A stretch of DNA of 64,000 nucleotides from Armatimonadota bacterium (GTDB taxonomy: Bacteria; Armatimonadota; Zipacnadia; Zipacnadales; Zipacnadaceae): the NCBI GenBank assembly GCA_036504235.1, contig DASXVN010000076.1, forward strand, positions 4,395 through 68,394, read 5' to 3'. The notes under the pieces are model-generated. The model was given only the letters and a program-made list of their open reading frames with translations, did no database searches and was not told the origin of the DNA. Positions 27,721 through 37,791 of the stretch are shown here, in pieces. The position numbers and the translations under genes are program-made. Positions within the stretch are counted from its first letter, which is position 1. Each line of letters opens with the position of its first letter.

Positions 27721-28632
27721 TTACGGTAGCCGCACCACGTATTTCTCCACCATCTGCGCCGGATGATACGACTCCTTGGCCTCCCGCAGGCCCGGAATCC
27801 CCAGGTCCTGCTCCCGGTTGACGAAGGCGAACTGCGACCATTCCTGCACCAGAAACTCCCGGTTGATGACCTGGAAGGCCCCATGCAGGTCGGGGCTGGC
27901 CTTCTCGATGTGGATGACCACCGTGTCCGCGCTGAGCGCCTCCCCCAGCGCGAAAGCCTGCACCCGCTGGTTGACCAGGAGCGCCCCGCCGGTCACCTCC
28001 AGCTCCTCCAGGCCCGCCAGCACTTCCTTGACCGCCTCCGCCTCGGCCCGCAGCCCCGCCGCCAGATCGCAGTGCTTGTCGTCGCACCACAGGTCCTGCA
28101 GCGCCTGGCACGCGGGCACCAGGTCCGGGGTGATCCGCCGGTACTCATACGGGAACTTCCGCGTGAAGCTGTCCACATGCCGCCGCTTGTCCCGATAGTC
28201 CTCCCCGGCCAGGTCAATCAGATCCGGCACCCGGTAGACGTAGTCCCAGTTATCACGGTCGGGGGTAAGAGTGAACTGTGCGGGGGTCAGGCCCAGCCGG
28301 TCGAGTTCCCGCTGGTCGGCGCGGGCCAGCTTGGGGTCGTGACCGGAGGCGGCCATCCACGCCAGGGCCGCGCGCACGTGCTCGGCCCCGGCGCCCGAAC
28401 CCAGCGGGGGCAGGAGAAAGGACTCGGTGGGGTCGGCGCGCAGGCAGAACAGGCAGACGACCTCCCCGATCCGCCCCAGGCGCGTCCCGTAGGCGTGGCG
28501 CCACATGAAGAGGTTAGTGAAGGTCAACTCGGAGACGCGCGGCGCTGCGGCGGAGAGCAGCCGCTGCAACTGCGGCCGGTGCTCTCGCCCCAGCGCCACC
28601 GTCTCGGGCAGGACGGGGATCAGGTCATCCAT
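27721..28632 (-). CDS. DUF2156-like (MprF C-terminal domain-like) protein
   Basis: ...LTFTNLFMWRHAYG... and ...DYRDKRRHVDSFTRKFPYEYRRI... resemble the DUF2156 family; assignment from memory of the motif pattern. Confidence 0.45.
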   Translation of the reverse strand: MDDLIPVLPETVALGREHRPQLQRLLSAAAPRVSELTFTNLFMWRHAYGTRLGRIGEVVCLFCLRADPTESFLLPPLGSGAGAEHVRAALAWMAASGHDPKLARADQRELDRLGLTPAQFTLTPDRDNWDYVYRVPDLIDLAGEDYRDKRRHVDSFTRKFPYEYRRITPDLVPACQALQDLWCDDKHCDLAAGLRAEAEAVKEVLAGLEELEVTGGALLVNQRVQAFALGEALSADTVVIHIEKASPDLHGAFQVINREFLVQEWSQFAFVNREQDLGIPGLREAKESYHPAQMVEKYVVRLP

Positions 28633-28640
28633 ACGGTTGG

Positions 28641-29465
28641 CTACGGGGTCTTGGTTACCACCGGGCCGCTGACGCGTCCGGCCACCGGATAGTCCACCGT
28701 CACGAAGGCGTCCGTGGCGCTAAAGCGATAGCTGAAAGTGCCTAGCGCCTGCAGCTTAACGTCTTGCGTGAAGACCACGCCCTTAGCCCAGCGGTTGCCG
28801 GTCGCCGTCATGGTGAAGGGGCTGTTGAGAATCTGGCTACCCGCCTGGTTCCAGACCTGCAGAAGCACGGACTTGGGCGCCCGTCCGTCGGCATCCGAGA
28901 ACATGATCTGGAACTTGAACGTGGTGCTGGGCAGGCCCCGCAGCGGAGCCACTCCCCCGCTCTCATAGCCCGGGGCGCCGGTCCACTTCAGCACCGGAGG
29001 ACTGTTCACCAGCGGGCCATTGGCCTTGCCGCTGGTCGGCAGGGCCGCGAGATTCAGGCCATCATCGCCGACAAAGCTGTACTTGTAGTTCCCGGCGGCG
29101 GTCAACTTGACCAGGGTGGTGAAGATCACGCCCTGCACCCAGGTGGTGCTGCCGCTCCCCGTCATGGCAAAGGGGCTGCCGGTCATCTCGACCCCCGAGG
29201 GGAGCCAGATGTGGACGACCACGGATTGCGGGACCAGGCCATCCGGGTGCGAGTATTTCACCTTGAACTGGTAGTTGACGCCCGGCCGGGACGAAGTCGG
29301 CAGGACGCCGTTGCCGACGTACCCGGCCGTCCCCGCCCAGGCCAGCACCGGGGGATGCCATTGCGGCGGGGGCGGCGGCTGCGCTTGGGCGCCGGTCGCG
29401 GCTAGGGCCAGACCAATAATCGCCGCCACCAAAACGGCGCGGACACCTGTGGAAAAGCTGTTCAT
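28641..29465 (-). CDS. Secreted protein with two tandem homologous ~115-aa domains
   Basis: Signal peptide plus an internal duplication (PPVLAWAGTAGYVGNGVLP...NYQFKVKYSHPDG... versus PPVLKWTGAPGYESGGVAP...TFKFQIMFSDADG...). Confidence 0.55.
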   Translation of the reverse strand: MNSFSTGVRAVLVAAIIGLALAATGAQAQPPPPPQWHPPVLAWAGTAGYVGNGVLPTSSRPGVNYQFKVKYSHPDGLVPQSVVVHIWLPSGVEMTGSPFAMTGSGSTTWVQGVIFTTLVKLTAAGNYKYSFVGDDGLNLAALPTSGKANGPLVNSPPVLKWTGAPGYESGGVAPLRGLPSTTFKFQIMFSDADGRAPKSVLLQVWNQAGSQILNSPFTMTATGNRWAKGVVFTQDVKLQALGTFSYRFSATDAFVTVDYPVAGRVSGPVVTKTP

Positions 29466-29699
29466 GCGTTTTCATCCTCCGGGACAACCAGTACTAGCGA
29501 GTCAGGAACATTCGCCCTGCCGGTAAGCTGCCAACCTCTTGCGCAGCCTGCGGCTCTTGGACGGAAACCAACGCGATTTTGTTTCACCGCCCCGCCCGCC
29601 CGTCAGGCCGGCCAACCGCTGCTCAGGACCGCGCATTGACCTCCAGGGCACCCACATGATACCATAATACGCTACGCTACAAAAAGGCAGCAGCATATA

Positions 29700-32549
29700 A
29701 TGGATAGCTCCGGCAATAACATTCGGATTTACGGCGCGCGCGAGCACAACCTCAAGGGGGTTTCCCTGGAGCTGCCGCGCGACGCTTTGGTCGTTTTTTG
29801 CGGGGTCAGCGGCTCGGGCAAGTCCTCCCTGGCCTTCGATACCCTCTACGCGGAGGGCCAGCGCCGCTACGTCGAATCGCTGTCCGCCGGCGCCCGCCAG
29901 TTCCTCGGCGAGCTGCTCCGGCCCCAGGTGGACCACATTGACGGACTCTCGCCCGCCGTGGCGATTGACCAGAATTCCAGCCACAGCAACCCGCGTTCCA
30001 CCGTCGCCACCCTCACCGACATCTACGACTATTTGCGAGTAATGTTCGCCAAGGTCGGCCTCCCCCACTGTTACCAGTGCGGCGACCTCATCTCCGCCCG
30101 CACCCCCTCCCAGATCACGGACGAGCTGGAGAGCCTGCCCGAGCAGACCCGGCTCACTGTCCTCGCTCCGCTGACTCCCGGGTCCGGCGAGCGCTATGCG
30201 GAGGTCCTCCGCACCGCCCGCCGCCGCGGCTACGCCCGCGTCCGGCTGGACGGGGAGCTGCGCGATCTGGCCGAGAGCATCCGCGTGGACGAGAACGAGG
30301 AGCACCACATCGAGCTGGTCGTGGACCGGCTCGTGGTCGGCCCCGAGGTGCGCACCCGGCTGGCCGAGGCCGTGGAGGTCGCCCTGGAGGAAAGCAGTGG
30401 CATGGTCGTCGCCGCTATCGAGGGCGAGCCGGACCGGCTCTTCTCCAACCGCTTTGCCTGCACGCGCTGCGGCCTGACCTACCCGGAGCTAACCCCGCAG
30501 CTTTTCTCCTTCAACCACCCCAGCGGCTACTGCCCCACCTGCGGCGGCCTGGGCGTGGTCACCGACACCGCGCCGGAGCGCCTGGTGCGCGACCCCGAGG
30601 TCTCGCTGCTCGACGGGGCCCTGCACCTGGTTGGCGCGCCCCCCGCCGCCCCCATGCTGCACCTGCTCGAGGGGCTGGCCGAGCACTATGGCTTCGACCT
30701 GCACACCCCCTGGAACCAGCTCACCGAGAGCGTCCGCCAGGCTCTCTTGTTCGGCTCGGAGCAGGACAAGATTTCCTACTCGCACACCACCAAGACCGGC
30801 CGCCAGATCAGCTACGAGCGCGAATTTGAGGGGCTCGTGCCCATGGTCACCCGCCGCCACGAGCAGACCGAGTCGCGCCACTCCCGCGATTTCTACGAGC
30901 AGTTCCGCGCCCCGCGCCCCTGCCCCGCCTGCCACGGCGCCCGCTTGCGGCCCGAGGCGCTGGCGGTCACCGTAGGCGGCCAGCGCATCAACGAGATCTG
31001 CAGCCAGACGATTGAGGCCTCCGTCGGTTTCTTTGCCGGCCTGAGTTTCGCCGGCGGTCAGGAACTGGTCACCCACGAGCTGCTCAAGGACATTCGCGCC
31101 CGGCTGGGCTTCCTGGCGCAGGTCGGGCTGGGCTACCTCACCCTGGACCGCTCCGCCCCCACCCTCGCCGGCGGCGAGGCCCAGCGCATCCGCCTGGCCA
31201 ACCAGGTCGGCAGCGGCCTCGCCGGCATCATCTACATCCTCGACGAGCCCTCCATCGGCCTGCACCCGCGCGACCATGAGCGCCTGCTGGAGGTCCTGGC
31301 CCAACTGCGCGACCGGGGCAATACGCTAGTGGTCGTGGAGCACGATCCGCCCACCATCCTGGCCGCCGACTACGTGGTGGAGTTCGGCCCCGGCGCCGGC
31401 ACCCAGGGCGGCGAGGTGATCTTCGCCGGCACCGTGCCCGAGCTACTCCAGGCCCCCCACTCGCTCACCGGCCAGTACCTCAGCGGCCGGCGCCACGTGC
31501 CCCACCCCACCTATCGCCGGCCGGCCGGGGACCAGGTCCTGTGGATCCGCGGCGCCCGCGAGCACAACCTCCAGAACCTGGACGTTGCCCTGCCGCTGGG
31601 CTTGATGATCTGCGTCACCGGCGTCTCCGGCTCGGGCAAGAGCACCCTGATCAGCGACATTCTCTACCCGGCCCTGCGCCGCCGCCTGCATCGCTCGCAC
31701 GACACCCCCGGGGCCTACGACCGGCTGGAGGGCGTCGAGTATCTGGACAAGGTGGTCAGCATCGACCAGCGCCCCATCGGCCGCAGCCCGCGGTCCAACC
31801 CGGCCACCTATTCCGGCGTGTTCGGGCCCCTGCGCGAGCTGTTCTCCCAGACGCCGGCCGCGCGCATGCGCGGCTACGGGCCGGGGCGTTTCAGCTTCAA
31901 CGTGCGCGGCGGCCGCTGCGAGGCCTGCGCCGGCGAGGGCACCCGGCGCGTGGAGATGCACTTTCTCCCCGACGTCCGCGTGCCCTGCCCCGAGTGCGGC
32001 GGCACCCGCTACAACCGCGAGACCCTCCAGGTGCGCTACAAGGGCAAGGACATCGCCGAGGTCCTGGACTTGACCATCCAGGAGGCGCTGGAGCTGTTCG
32101 CGAACCAACCGGCTCTGGCCCGCGTCTTGCGTACGCTCTGCGAGGTCGGTCTCGACTATATCAAGCTCGGCCAGCCGGCCAACACGCTCTCCGGCGGGGA
32201 GGCCCAGCGCCTCAAGCTGGCCCGGGAACTGTCCCGGCCCGCCACCAGCCAGACGTTGTACCTCCTAGACGAACCGACCACGGGTCTGCATTTTGTAGAT
32301 ATCGAGAAACTCCTGGAGGTGCTGCAGCGGCTGGTGGACGCCGGCAATACGGTAGTGATCATCGAGCACAATCTCGAGGTAATCCGTAACGCCGACTACG
32401 TCATCGACCTGGGCCCCGAGGGCGGAGACGGCGGCGGCCGGCTCCTCGTCTCGGGTACCCCCGAGCAAGTCGCCGCGGCCCCCGGCTCCCACACCGGCCG
32501 CTTCTTGCAGGCCGCCATGGCCGCGCCCGGCGCCCCCCCAGAACCATGA
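29700..32549 (+). CDS. uvrA: Excinuclease ABC subunit A
   Basis: 949 aa; duplicated ABC ATPase with Walker [24 protein letters not shown] and zinc fingers. Confidence 0.95.
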   Translation: MDSSGNNIRIYGAREHNLKGVSLELPRDALVVFCGVSGSGKSSLAFDTLYAEGQRRYVESLSAGARQFLGELLRPQVDHIDGLSPAVAIDQNSSHSNPRSTVATLTDIYDYLRVMFAKVGLPHCYQCGDLISARTPSQITDELESLPEQTRLTVLAPLTPGSGERYAEVLRTARRRGYARVRLDGELRDLAESIRVDENEEHHIELVVDRLVVGPEVRTRLAEAVEVALEESSGMVVAAIEGEPDRLFSNRFACTRCGLTYPELTPQLFSFNHPSGYCPTCGGLGVVTDTAPERLVRDPEVSLLDGALHLVGAPPAAPMLHLLEGLAEHYGFDLHTPWNQLTESVRQALLFGSEQDKISYSHTTKTGRQISYEREFEGLVPMVTRRHEQTESRHSRDFYEQFRAPRPCPACHGARLRPEALAVTVGGQRINEICSQTIEASVGFFAGLSFAGGQELVTHELLKDIRARLGFLAQVGLGYLTLDRSAPTLAGGEAQRIRLANQVGSGLAGIIYILDEPSIGLHPRDHERLLEVLAQLRDRGNTLVVVEHDPPTILAADYVVEFGPGAGTQGGEVIFAGTVPELLQAPHSLTGQYLSGRRHVPHPTYRRPAGDQVLWIRGAREHNLQNLDVALPLGLMICVTGVSGSGKSTLISDILYPALRRRLHRSHDTPGAYDRLEGVEYLDKVVSIDQRPIGRSPRSNPATYSGVFGPLRELFSQTPAARMRGYGPGRFSFNVRGGRCEACAGEGTRRVEMHFLPDVRVPCPECGGTRYNRETLQVRYKGKDIAEVLDLTIQEALELFANQPALARVLRTLCEVGLDYIKLGQPANTLSGGEAQRLKLARELSRPATSQTLYLLDEPTTGLHFVDIEKLLEVLQRLVDAGNTVVIIEHNLEVIRNADYVIDLGPEGGDGGGRLLVSGTPEQVAAAPGSHTGRFLQAAMAAPGAPPEP

Positions 32550-33526
32550 GTGATACCTGCTCCCCCCTGCGCCTGTCCCTGATCATCCCCACCTACCGCC
32601 GCCGGGAGAGCCTGCTGCGCTGCCTGCAGGGACTGGCCGCGGGCGCGCGCCGGCCCGACGAGACTCTGGTAGTGGTGCACGAACAGGACCCGGAGGCCGG
32701 CGACCTGGAGCAGGCCCTCCGCGAGTTGGCGGCCCCCCTGCATCTGCGCCTGGTCTGGGCGGAGCGCGCCGGCCAAATCTTCCAGATGAACGCGGGGATT
32801 GCCGAGGCCACCGGCGACATCCTCTGCTTCACCGATGACGACTGCGTGCCGCGCCCCGACTGGCTGGCGCAGCTCGCCGCCGCCTACGACGACCCCCGCA
32901 TCGGCGGCGTCGGGGGCCGGGATATCGTCCATCATGGGGAAGTGCTCAGCGAGGGTCCGGGCGCGGTGGTCGGCCGGATCACCTGGTACGGTCGGGTGGT
33001 CGGCAACCACCATCTGATCTTCCCCCCCGGACGCCGCGAGGTCGATCACCTCAAGGGGGCCAATATGAGTTTCCGCCGCGAGTCAACGCCCCCCCTGGAC
33101 CCGCTGATGGTGCTCGGCCCGGGCACCGGCTCCCAGAATGACACCGAGCTGTCCCTGGCCGTCCGGGCCCGCGGCTACCGCCTGGCCTATGAGCCGCTGG
33201 CCCAGGTTGACCACTACCCGGCGCAGCGCCACGGGGTGACACACCGCAATCTCGACCACCCGCAGCAGGTCTACCTGGACGCGCACAACTGGGCCTACCT
33301 GATGTTCAAGCACTACGGCTGGAGCCGGCGGCTCCCCTTCCTGGCTTACGCCGCGCTCGTCGGCTGCGGCAACCGCCTGGGCCTGGCCAAATTCCTGGTC
33401 CGCGCGGTCCGCGCTCCCGGCCCGGCCGGCCGTCAGTGGACCACCACCCTGCGCGGGCTGCACTCGGGTCTGCGCACCTACTACCGCGCCGGCCGCCCCG
33501 GCTCGCAGAGGAGGAACGCGCATTAA
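32546..33526 (+). CDS. Family 2 glycosyltransferase
   Basis: LSLIIPTYRRRESL...FTDDDCVP... (DXD). ATG overlaps the uvrA TGA (ATGA). Confidence 0.8.
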   Translation: MSDTCSPLRLSLIIPTYRRRESLLRCLQGLAAGARRPDETLVVVHEQDPEAGDLEQALRELAAPLHLRLVWAERAGQIFQMNAGIAEATGDILCFTDDDCVPRPDWLAQLAAAYDDPRIGGVGGRDIVHHGEVLSEGPGAVVGRITWYGRVVGNHHLIFPPGRREVDHLKGANMSFRRESTPPLDPLMVLGPGTGSQNDTELSLAVRARGYRLAYEPLAQVDHYPAQRHGVTHRNLDHPQQVYLDAHNWAYLMFKHYGWSRRLPFLAYAALVGCGNRLGLAKFLVRAVRAPGPAGRQWTTTLRGLHSGLRTYYRAGRPGSQRRNAH

Positions 33527-33719
33527 ACGCGGGAGCAGTCAGCGGATTCCTTTCGAGATCGGCCTCATCTTCTTCGGCTGCGCGGCCGGGCTGGTCGTCG
33601 CCTGGGTCACCGGCGGCCTTACCGGGCAGAACGGCACCTTCAAGCCTATCGCCCTGGGCCTCGGCGTCGCCGCTCTGATCTCTTCCTGCGCCTCCCTGGA
33701 GATCGCCTGTCTCTGCCTG

Positions 33720-35039
33720 ATGGCGCTTTGCTTTTTTGATGGTTTCATCAAGGCCGCCGACCCCTCGCGTGTTTCCCTGTTCGCCAAGGACGTCTTCCTG
33801 GCTATCGCCCTCCTGCGCTGGGGCTACCAGAACCTGCGGCGCCGCCGTTGGCCCTCCTTCGCTCTGCCTTTCACCGTCCCGATGGTGCTGTTCGTCGCCT
33901 ATTGTGGCGCGGAAATGTTCAACACTACTACCGCGGACCCGCGCGTTGCCCTGGCCGGCGTGCGCACCTGGATAATCTGGCTCCCCTGCGCCTTTCTCTT
34001 CTACGACTACGTGGTGAGTCGCGCGCAGCTCCAGCGCTTGCTCGTGCTCGTCGTGGGGCTGGGGCTGCTCACCGGAATCTATGGCATCGTGCAGTTCCGC
34101 GTGGGCTATGGCCATCTGCAGGGGCTGGGAGCCGGATTCGCCTACTACACGACCCACTTCAACGTACTGGGCACCGATACCGTCCGCGCCGTCTCCACCT
34201 TCGTCTCTCCGGGTACCTTCGGCGCCGCCATGGGTTCCGTGGTGATGCTCGGCACGGGCGCCGCCGCCTACCTGCAGCGTGTGCCCCTCAAGATCTTCTC
34301 CGGCGTGACCGCGGCCATCGCCCTCGTGGGACTCGGCGCCAGCGCTAGCCGCGCCCCGCTGATCGGGCTGGTGGCCGGTGGGTTCGTCCTGCTAGTGGTG
34401 GCCCGCAAGCCGCGACTCCTGGCCCTCGTGATCGGCATCGGCTTCGTCTTTGTGGTGCTGGTCGGTAGCTTCGCCGGCGGCGCTTTTGCCCGTCGCTACA
34501 ACCGCGAGCTGATCAACAGCGACACCATCACCTCCCGTTTTGCCATCCCCCTGCAGCACGTCTGGGTCTCGATGCTAGACGAACCCCTCGGAGTGGGCGT
34601 AGCTACCGGCATGGGCATCGGACGTTCCGATGCCGACCGCACCGCGTACGCTCCGGCGGCGAGTTCTGAGCTCCAAGCCTCCGACGAGGCCAGCGGCATG
34701 GTCGAGAATGAATACGCCCGCGCCTTGCGCGAACTCGGTATCCCCGGCGCTTTGCTGTTCATCTGGCTTATCTTCAAGGCGCTCCAGACCTTCGTCCGCT
34801 CCTACCGGCGCGTACGGACCACCGATTACCGCATCCTGGTCGGAGCCTGCCTGGGCTTGGCCGTCAGCATCGTCCTCCAGTTGGCCGTCGGCAGCGTTCT
34901 CTACCTCGTACCCAGCGGCATTCTCTTCTGGGGGATGGCGGCGCTGTGCTGGAAGCTGCCCGAACTCGAGGCGCGCGAACTGCTCACCGTGACTCCGGCG
35001 GAGCCCCAACCCGCCGCCGCCCCGGCGATAGGGAGATAG
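33720..35039 (+). CDS. O-antigen ligase/polymerase-like (Wzy_C family) membrane protein
   Basis: 10-12 TM helices with a periplasmic loop carrying ...GASASRAPLIGLVAG.... In-frame upstream translation (33540-33719) is TM-like and contains no ATG/GTG/TTG, so the true start may lie upstream. Confidence 0.6.
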   Translation: MALCFFDGFIKAADPSRVSLFAKDVFLAIALLRWGYQNLRRRRWPSFALPFTVPMVLFVAYCGAEMFNTTTADPRVALAGVRTWIIWLPCAFLFYDYVVSRAQLQRLLVLVVGLGLLTGIYGIVQFRVGYGHLQGLGAGFAYYTTHFNVLGTDTVRAVSTFVSPGTFGAAMGSVVMLGTGAAAYLQRVPLKIFSGVTAAIALVGLGASASRAPLIGLVAGGFVLLVVARKPRLLALVIGIGFVFVVLVGSFAGGAFARRYNRELINSDTITSRFAIPLQHVWVSMLDEPLGVGVATGMGIGRSDADRTAYAPAASSELQASDEASGMVENEYARALRELGIPGALLFIWLIFKALQTFVRSYRRVRTTDYRILVGACLGLAVSIVLQLAVGSVLYLVPSGILFWGMAALCWKLPELEARELLTVTPAEPQPAAAPAIGR

Positions 35040-35043
35040 CGGC

Positions 35044-37371
35044 ATGCGCCTCGCCTTCCTCGTGGAGGATGTCAGCCTCAAGAAGGGCCAGGAGCGCGTC
35101 ACCGCCGAGTTGCTTCGGCGGCTAGTCGCGCGCCATGAGGTCCACCTGTTCGGCTACACCGCCGCCGACCTCCCGCCCGAGATCCACGTTCACCGCCTGT
35201 GGAACCCCCGCTGCGGCTCCACGCTGCGCGCCTTTCTCTTCCCCTACGTGGCCGGGTGGGCCCTGCGGGGCCAGCGCTTCGACGTGGTCCTGTCCACCGG
35301 CGGCAACAGCTTCGTCTCGAATTTCGTCCTCACCCACACCTGCCATGCAGACCGTCGCCGCTTCCTCGGCGCCTCCCGCCCCGGCGAGCCGCCGCCGTCC
35401 GCCCTCTGGCGGCTGCTCTGGAACCTGCGCAGCCGCTGGGCCTGCGCTATGGAGCGCCGCGCCGTGCGCCGCTGCCCGGACCGCACTATCGCCGTCTCCG
35501 GAGCGCTCGCCCGCGCCCTGGCCCGCGCCTACGATCTGCCCCTCAGCCACCTGCTGGTCGCCCCCAACGGGGTGGACCATGACCTCTTCCATCCCGGCCT
35601 GCGCGGCGCCCACCGGGCCGAGTTGCGGGCGGAGTTGGGCCTCGACGAGCCGGACTTTGTCGTGCTCTTCGTCGGTGGCCTCTGGCTGGAGAAGGGCTTG
35701 CCGCTGGTCGTCGCGGCCCTGGCCCAGATGCAGCACCCGGCCCGCCTGGTCGTGGTAGGCTCCGGAGACGAGGAGGCGCTGCGCCGAATCGCGGCCGCGG
35801 AGGGCGTCGCTGACCGCGTGCTCCTGGTCGGCCGCCGGGACGATGTGCACCGCTTCTACGGGGCCGCCGATTGCTTTGCCTTCCCCTCCGAGTCGGAGGG
35901 CTTCGGCCTGGTCATGGCGGAAGCCGCCGCGGCCGGCCTGCCGGTGATCGCCACCCGCGTGGGCATCGCCGAAGACCTGATTGAAGACGGCCGCAGCGGC
36001 TACCTCGTGGAGGGCGACGTGGCCCAGATCGCCGACCGCCTGGACCGCCTGGCCGCCGATCCGCCACTACGCCGGGCCCTGGGCGAGGCCGCCGGCGCCC
36101 GCGCCCAGACCTTCACCTGGGAGCGCCAGGCCGAGTTGGTGGAGGAGTTCTTCGCGGAGAAGTGCGCTGCTGTGCCGCCGACACCCGAGAAGCTGCGCGT
36201 AGCCGTCCTCAGCCACGCCTGCGTGGTGGACGTCAACCAGCGGCTCTACGCCGATCTGGCCGCCGCGCACCCGGAGTGGGAAGTGCTGGTGATCGCCCCC
36301 GACCACTGGCGCAACCCGCTCAGCGGCGAGCGTCCCCTCTCGCTCCTGCCCGCGGCCGCCGCGCTGGTCCATCCGCTGCCCGTGCACCTCGCCGGGAAGA
36401 TGCACCTGCACTGGTATCACCGGGGGCCGCTCACCCGGCTGCTGCGCAACTTCCGCCCGGACGTGGTGATGGCCCATGAGGAGCCGTACTCGCTGGCCGG
36501 GGCGCAGGCCGGCTGGCTCGCGCACCGGCTGGGCGCGCGCATGATCCTCTGCAGCCAGCAGAACCTCTATCGCCCCTGCCCGCCACCGTTGGCCTGGAGC
36601 CAGGCCTGGCTGCTGCGCCACGTGGACTGGATGCTCCCGGTCACCCCGGAGGTCGGCGAGATCGTCCGCCAACGCGGCTTTTCCGGTCCCCAGAGCCTTC
36701 TGGCCAACGGCTTTGACGAGACGCTCTTCCGCCCCGAGGCCCGGGGTGACGGCTCCCTGCGTCGCGAACTGGGCCTGACCCGGCCCGTCCTCGGCTACGC
36801 GGGACGTCTGGAGCCCGCCAAGGGGCTCCGCAACCTCCTGGAGTCGGCGCGCCTGCTGCGCCTGCGCTACGGCGACGACTTCCAGCTTTTCTTCATCGGC
36901 GAGGGCAGCCTGCTCCCCGAGATCCAGGCCTTCGCCGCCCAGCACCTGGCCCCCGGGCAACTGGTGCACCAGGGCTATGTGCCGCATCATCGGATGGGCG
37001 AATACATGGCGGCGATGGATGTGCTGGTGCTCCCCTCGCTCACCACGCCCACCTGGAAAGAGCAGTTTGGCCGGGTCATCGTGGAGGCGCTGGCCTGCGA
37101 GGTGCCGGTGGTGGGGTCGGACTCGGGGCACATTCCGGTGCTGCTCGAGGAGACGGGCGGAGGACTGGTCTTTCCGGAGGGCCAGGTCGAGCCGTTGGCG
37201 GCTTGCCTGGAGCAGTTGCTACGCGACTCGGAGTTGCGGCGCCAACTGGGGAAACACGGTCACGACGTGGTCATGCGGGAGTACACCTGGCAGCGCTGGG
37301 CCGAGCACCTCTACGACGCCCTGTGCGGGACGATGGCTCTCCCCAACCGACCCGGGCGCCCGCCGCGCTAG
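35044..37371 (+). CDS. Tandem fusion of two GT4-family (GT-B) glycosyltransferase modules
   Basis: Two complete GT4 units (residues ~1-385 and ~386-775), each with the EX7E-type C-terminal motif (FPSESEGFGLVMAEAAAAGLPVIAT and LPSLTTPTWKEQFGRVIVEALACEVPVVGS). Confidence 0.75.
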   Translation: MRLAFLVEDVSLKKGQERVTAELLRRLVARHEVHLFGYTAADLPPEIHVHRLWNPRCGSTLRAFLFPYVAGWALRGQRFDVVLSTGGNSFVSNFVLTHTCHADRRRFLGASRPGEPPPSALWRLLWNLRSRWACAMERRAVRRCPDRTIAVSGALARALARAYDLPLSHLLVAPNGVDHDLFHPGLRGAHRAELRAELGLDEPDFVVLFVGGLWLEKGLPLVVAALAQMQHPARLVVVGSGDEEALRRIAAAEGVADRVLLVGRRDDVHRFYGAADCFAFPSESEGFGLVMAEAAAAGLPVIATRVGIAEDLIEDGRSGYLVEGDVAQIADRLDRLAADPPLRRALGEAAGARAQTFTWERQAELVEEFFAEKCAAVPPTPEKLRVAVLSHACVVDVNQRLYADLAAAHPEWEVLVIAPDHWRNPLSGERPLSLLPAAAALVHPLPVHLAGKMHLHWYHRGPLTRLLRNFRPDVVMAHEEPYSLAGAQAGWLAHRLGARMILCSQQNLYRPCPPPLAWSQAWLLRHVDWMLPVTPEVGEIVRQRGFSGPQSLLANGFDETLFRPEARGDGSLRRELGLTRPVLGYAGRLEPAKGLRNLLESARLLRLRYGDDFQLFFIGEGSLLPEIQAFAAQHLAPGQLVHQGYVPHHRMGEYMAAMDVLVLPSLTTPTWKEQFGRVIVEALACEVPVVGSDSGHIPVLLEETGGGLVFPEGQVEPLAACLEQLLRDSELRRQLGKHGHDVVMREYTWQRWAEHLYDALCGTMALPNRPGRPPR

Positions 37372-37769
37372 TGGACGCGAATCTGCGCGAGTTGCGCGCC
37401 ACGCGAGGCGGTCATGCCGCCAATCGCCGCCAGCACCAGCAGAATCACCAGCTTGAGCACCGCCCCGACGGCCACCACGATCAGCGTCGGCCCCTCGGTT
37501 GTCGGCTTGGCGACCGCTACCTCCGCCGGTTTGGTCTCCTTGCCGGCAGCGGCTTTCGGCGCCGCGGTTGTCGCCGGTGTGGCCACCGGCTTGGTCACTT
37601 GCACCCGCTGAATCTGCTCGTCCACGGTCTTGAGCATCAGATAGCCCCAGTAGAAGGCCAACAGCATCAACGCCACGCCCGCCACAAAAACCAGCAGGCC
37701 CACCCCATAGTTGCCCCAGGCTTGCCCCGAGCCGGGCTCGCGTTGCTGGGTCTCTGAGACTTCCGCCAT
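37368..37769 (-). CDS. Small membrane protein (two TM helices, Ala/Pro/Thr/Lys-rich linker)
   Basis: ATG at 37769 with GAGGAGGAAG RBS, 22 nt downstream of the pilin-like gene. Overlaps the GT4 stop convergently. Confidence 0.4.
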   Translation of the reverse strand: MAEVSETQQREPGSGQAWGNYGVGLLVFVAGVALMLLAFYWGYLMLKTVDEQIQRVQVTKPVATPATTAAPKAAAGKETKPAEVAVAKPTTEGPTLIVVAVGAVLKLVILLVLAAIGGMTASRGAQLAQIRVH

Positions 37770-37791
37770 TGCTGCGCTTCCTCCTCGCGGG

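Noticed and set aside
29636-29699. sigma-70-like hexamers upstream of uvrA (TTGACC at 29636-29641; perfect TATAAT at 29692-29697)
   Set aside because: The TTGACC has no acceptably spaced -10. The TATAAT overlaps the uvrA start codon, so a transcript from it would begin inside the CDS. No recognisable LexA-type box found, so no promoter or operator was called.
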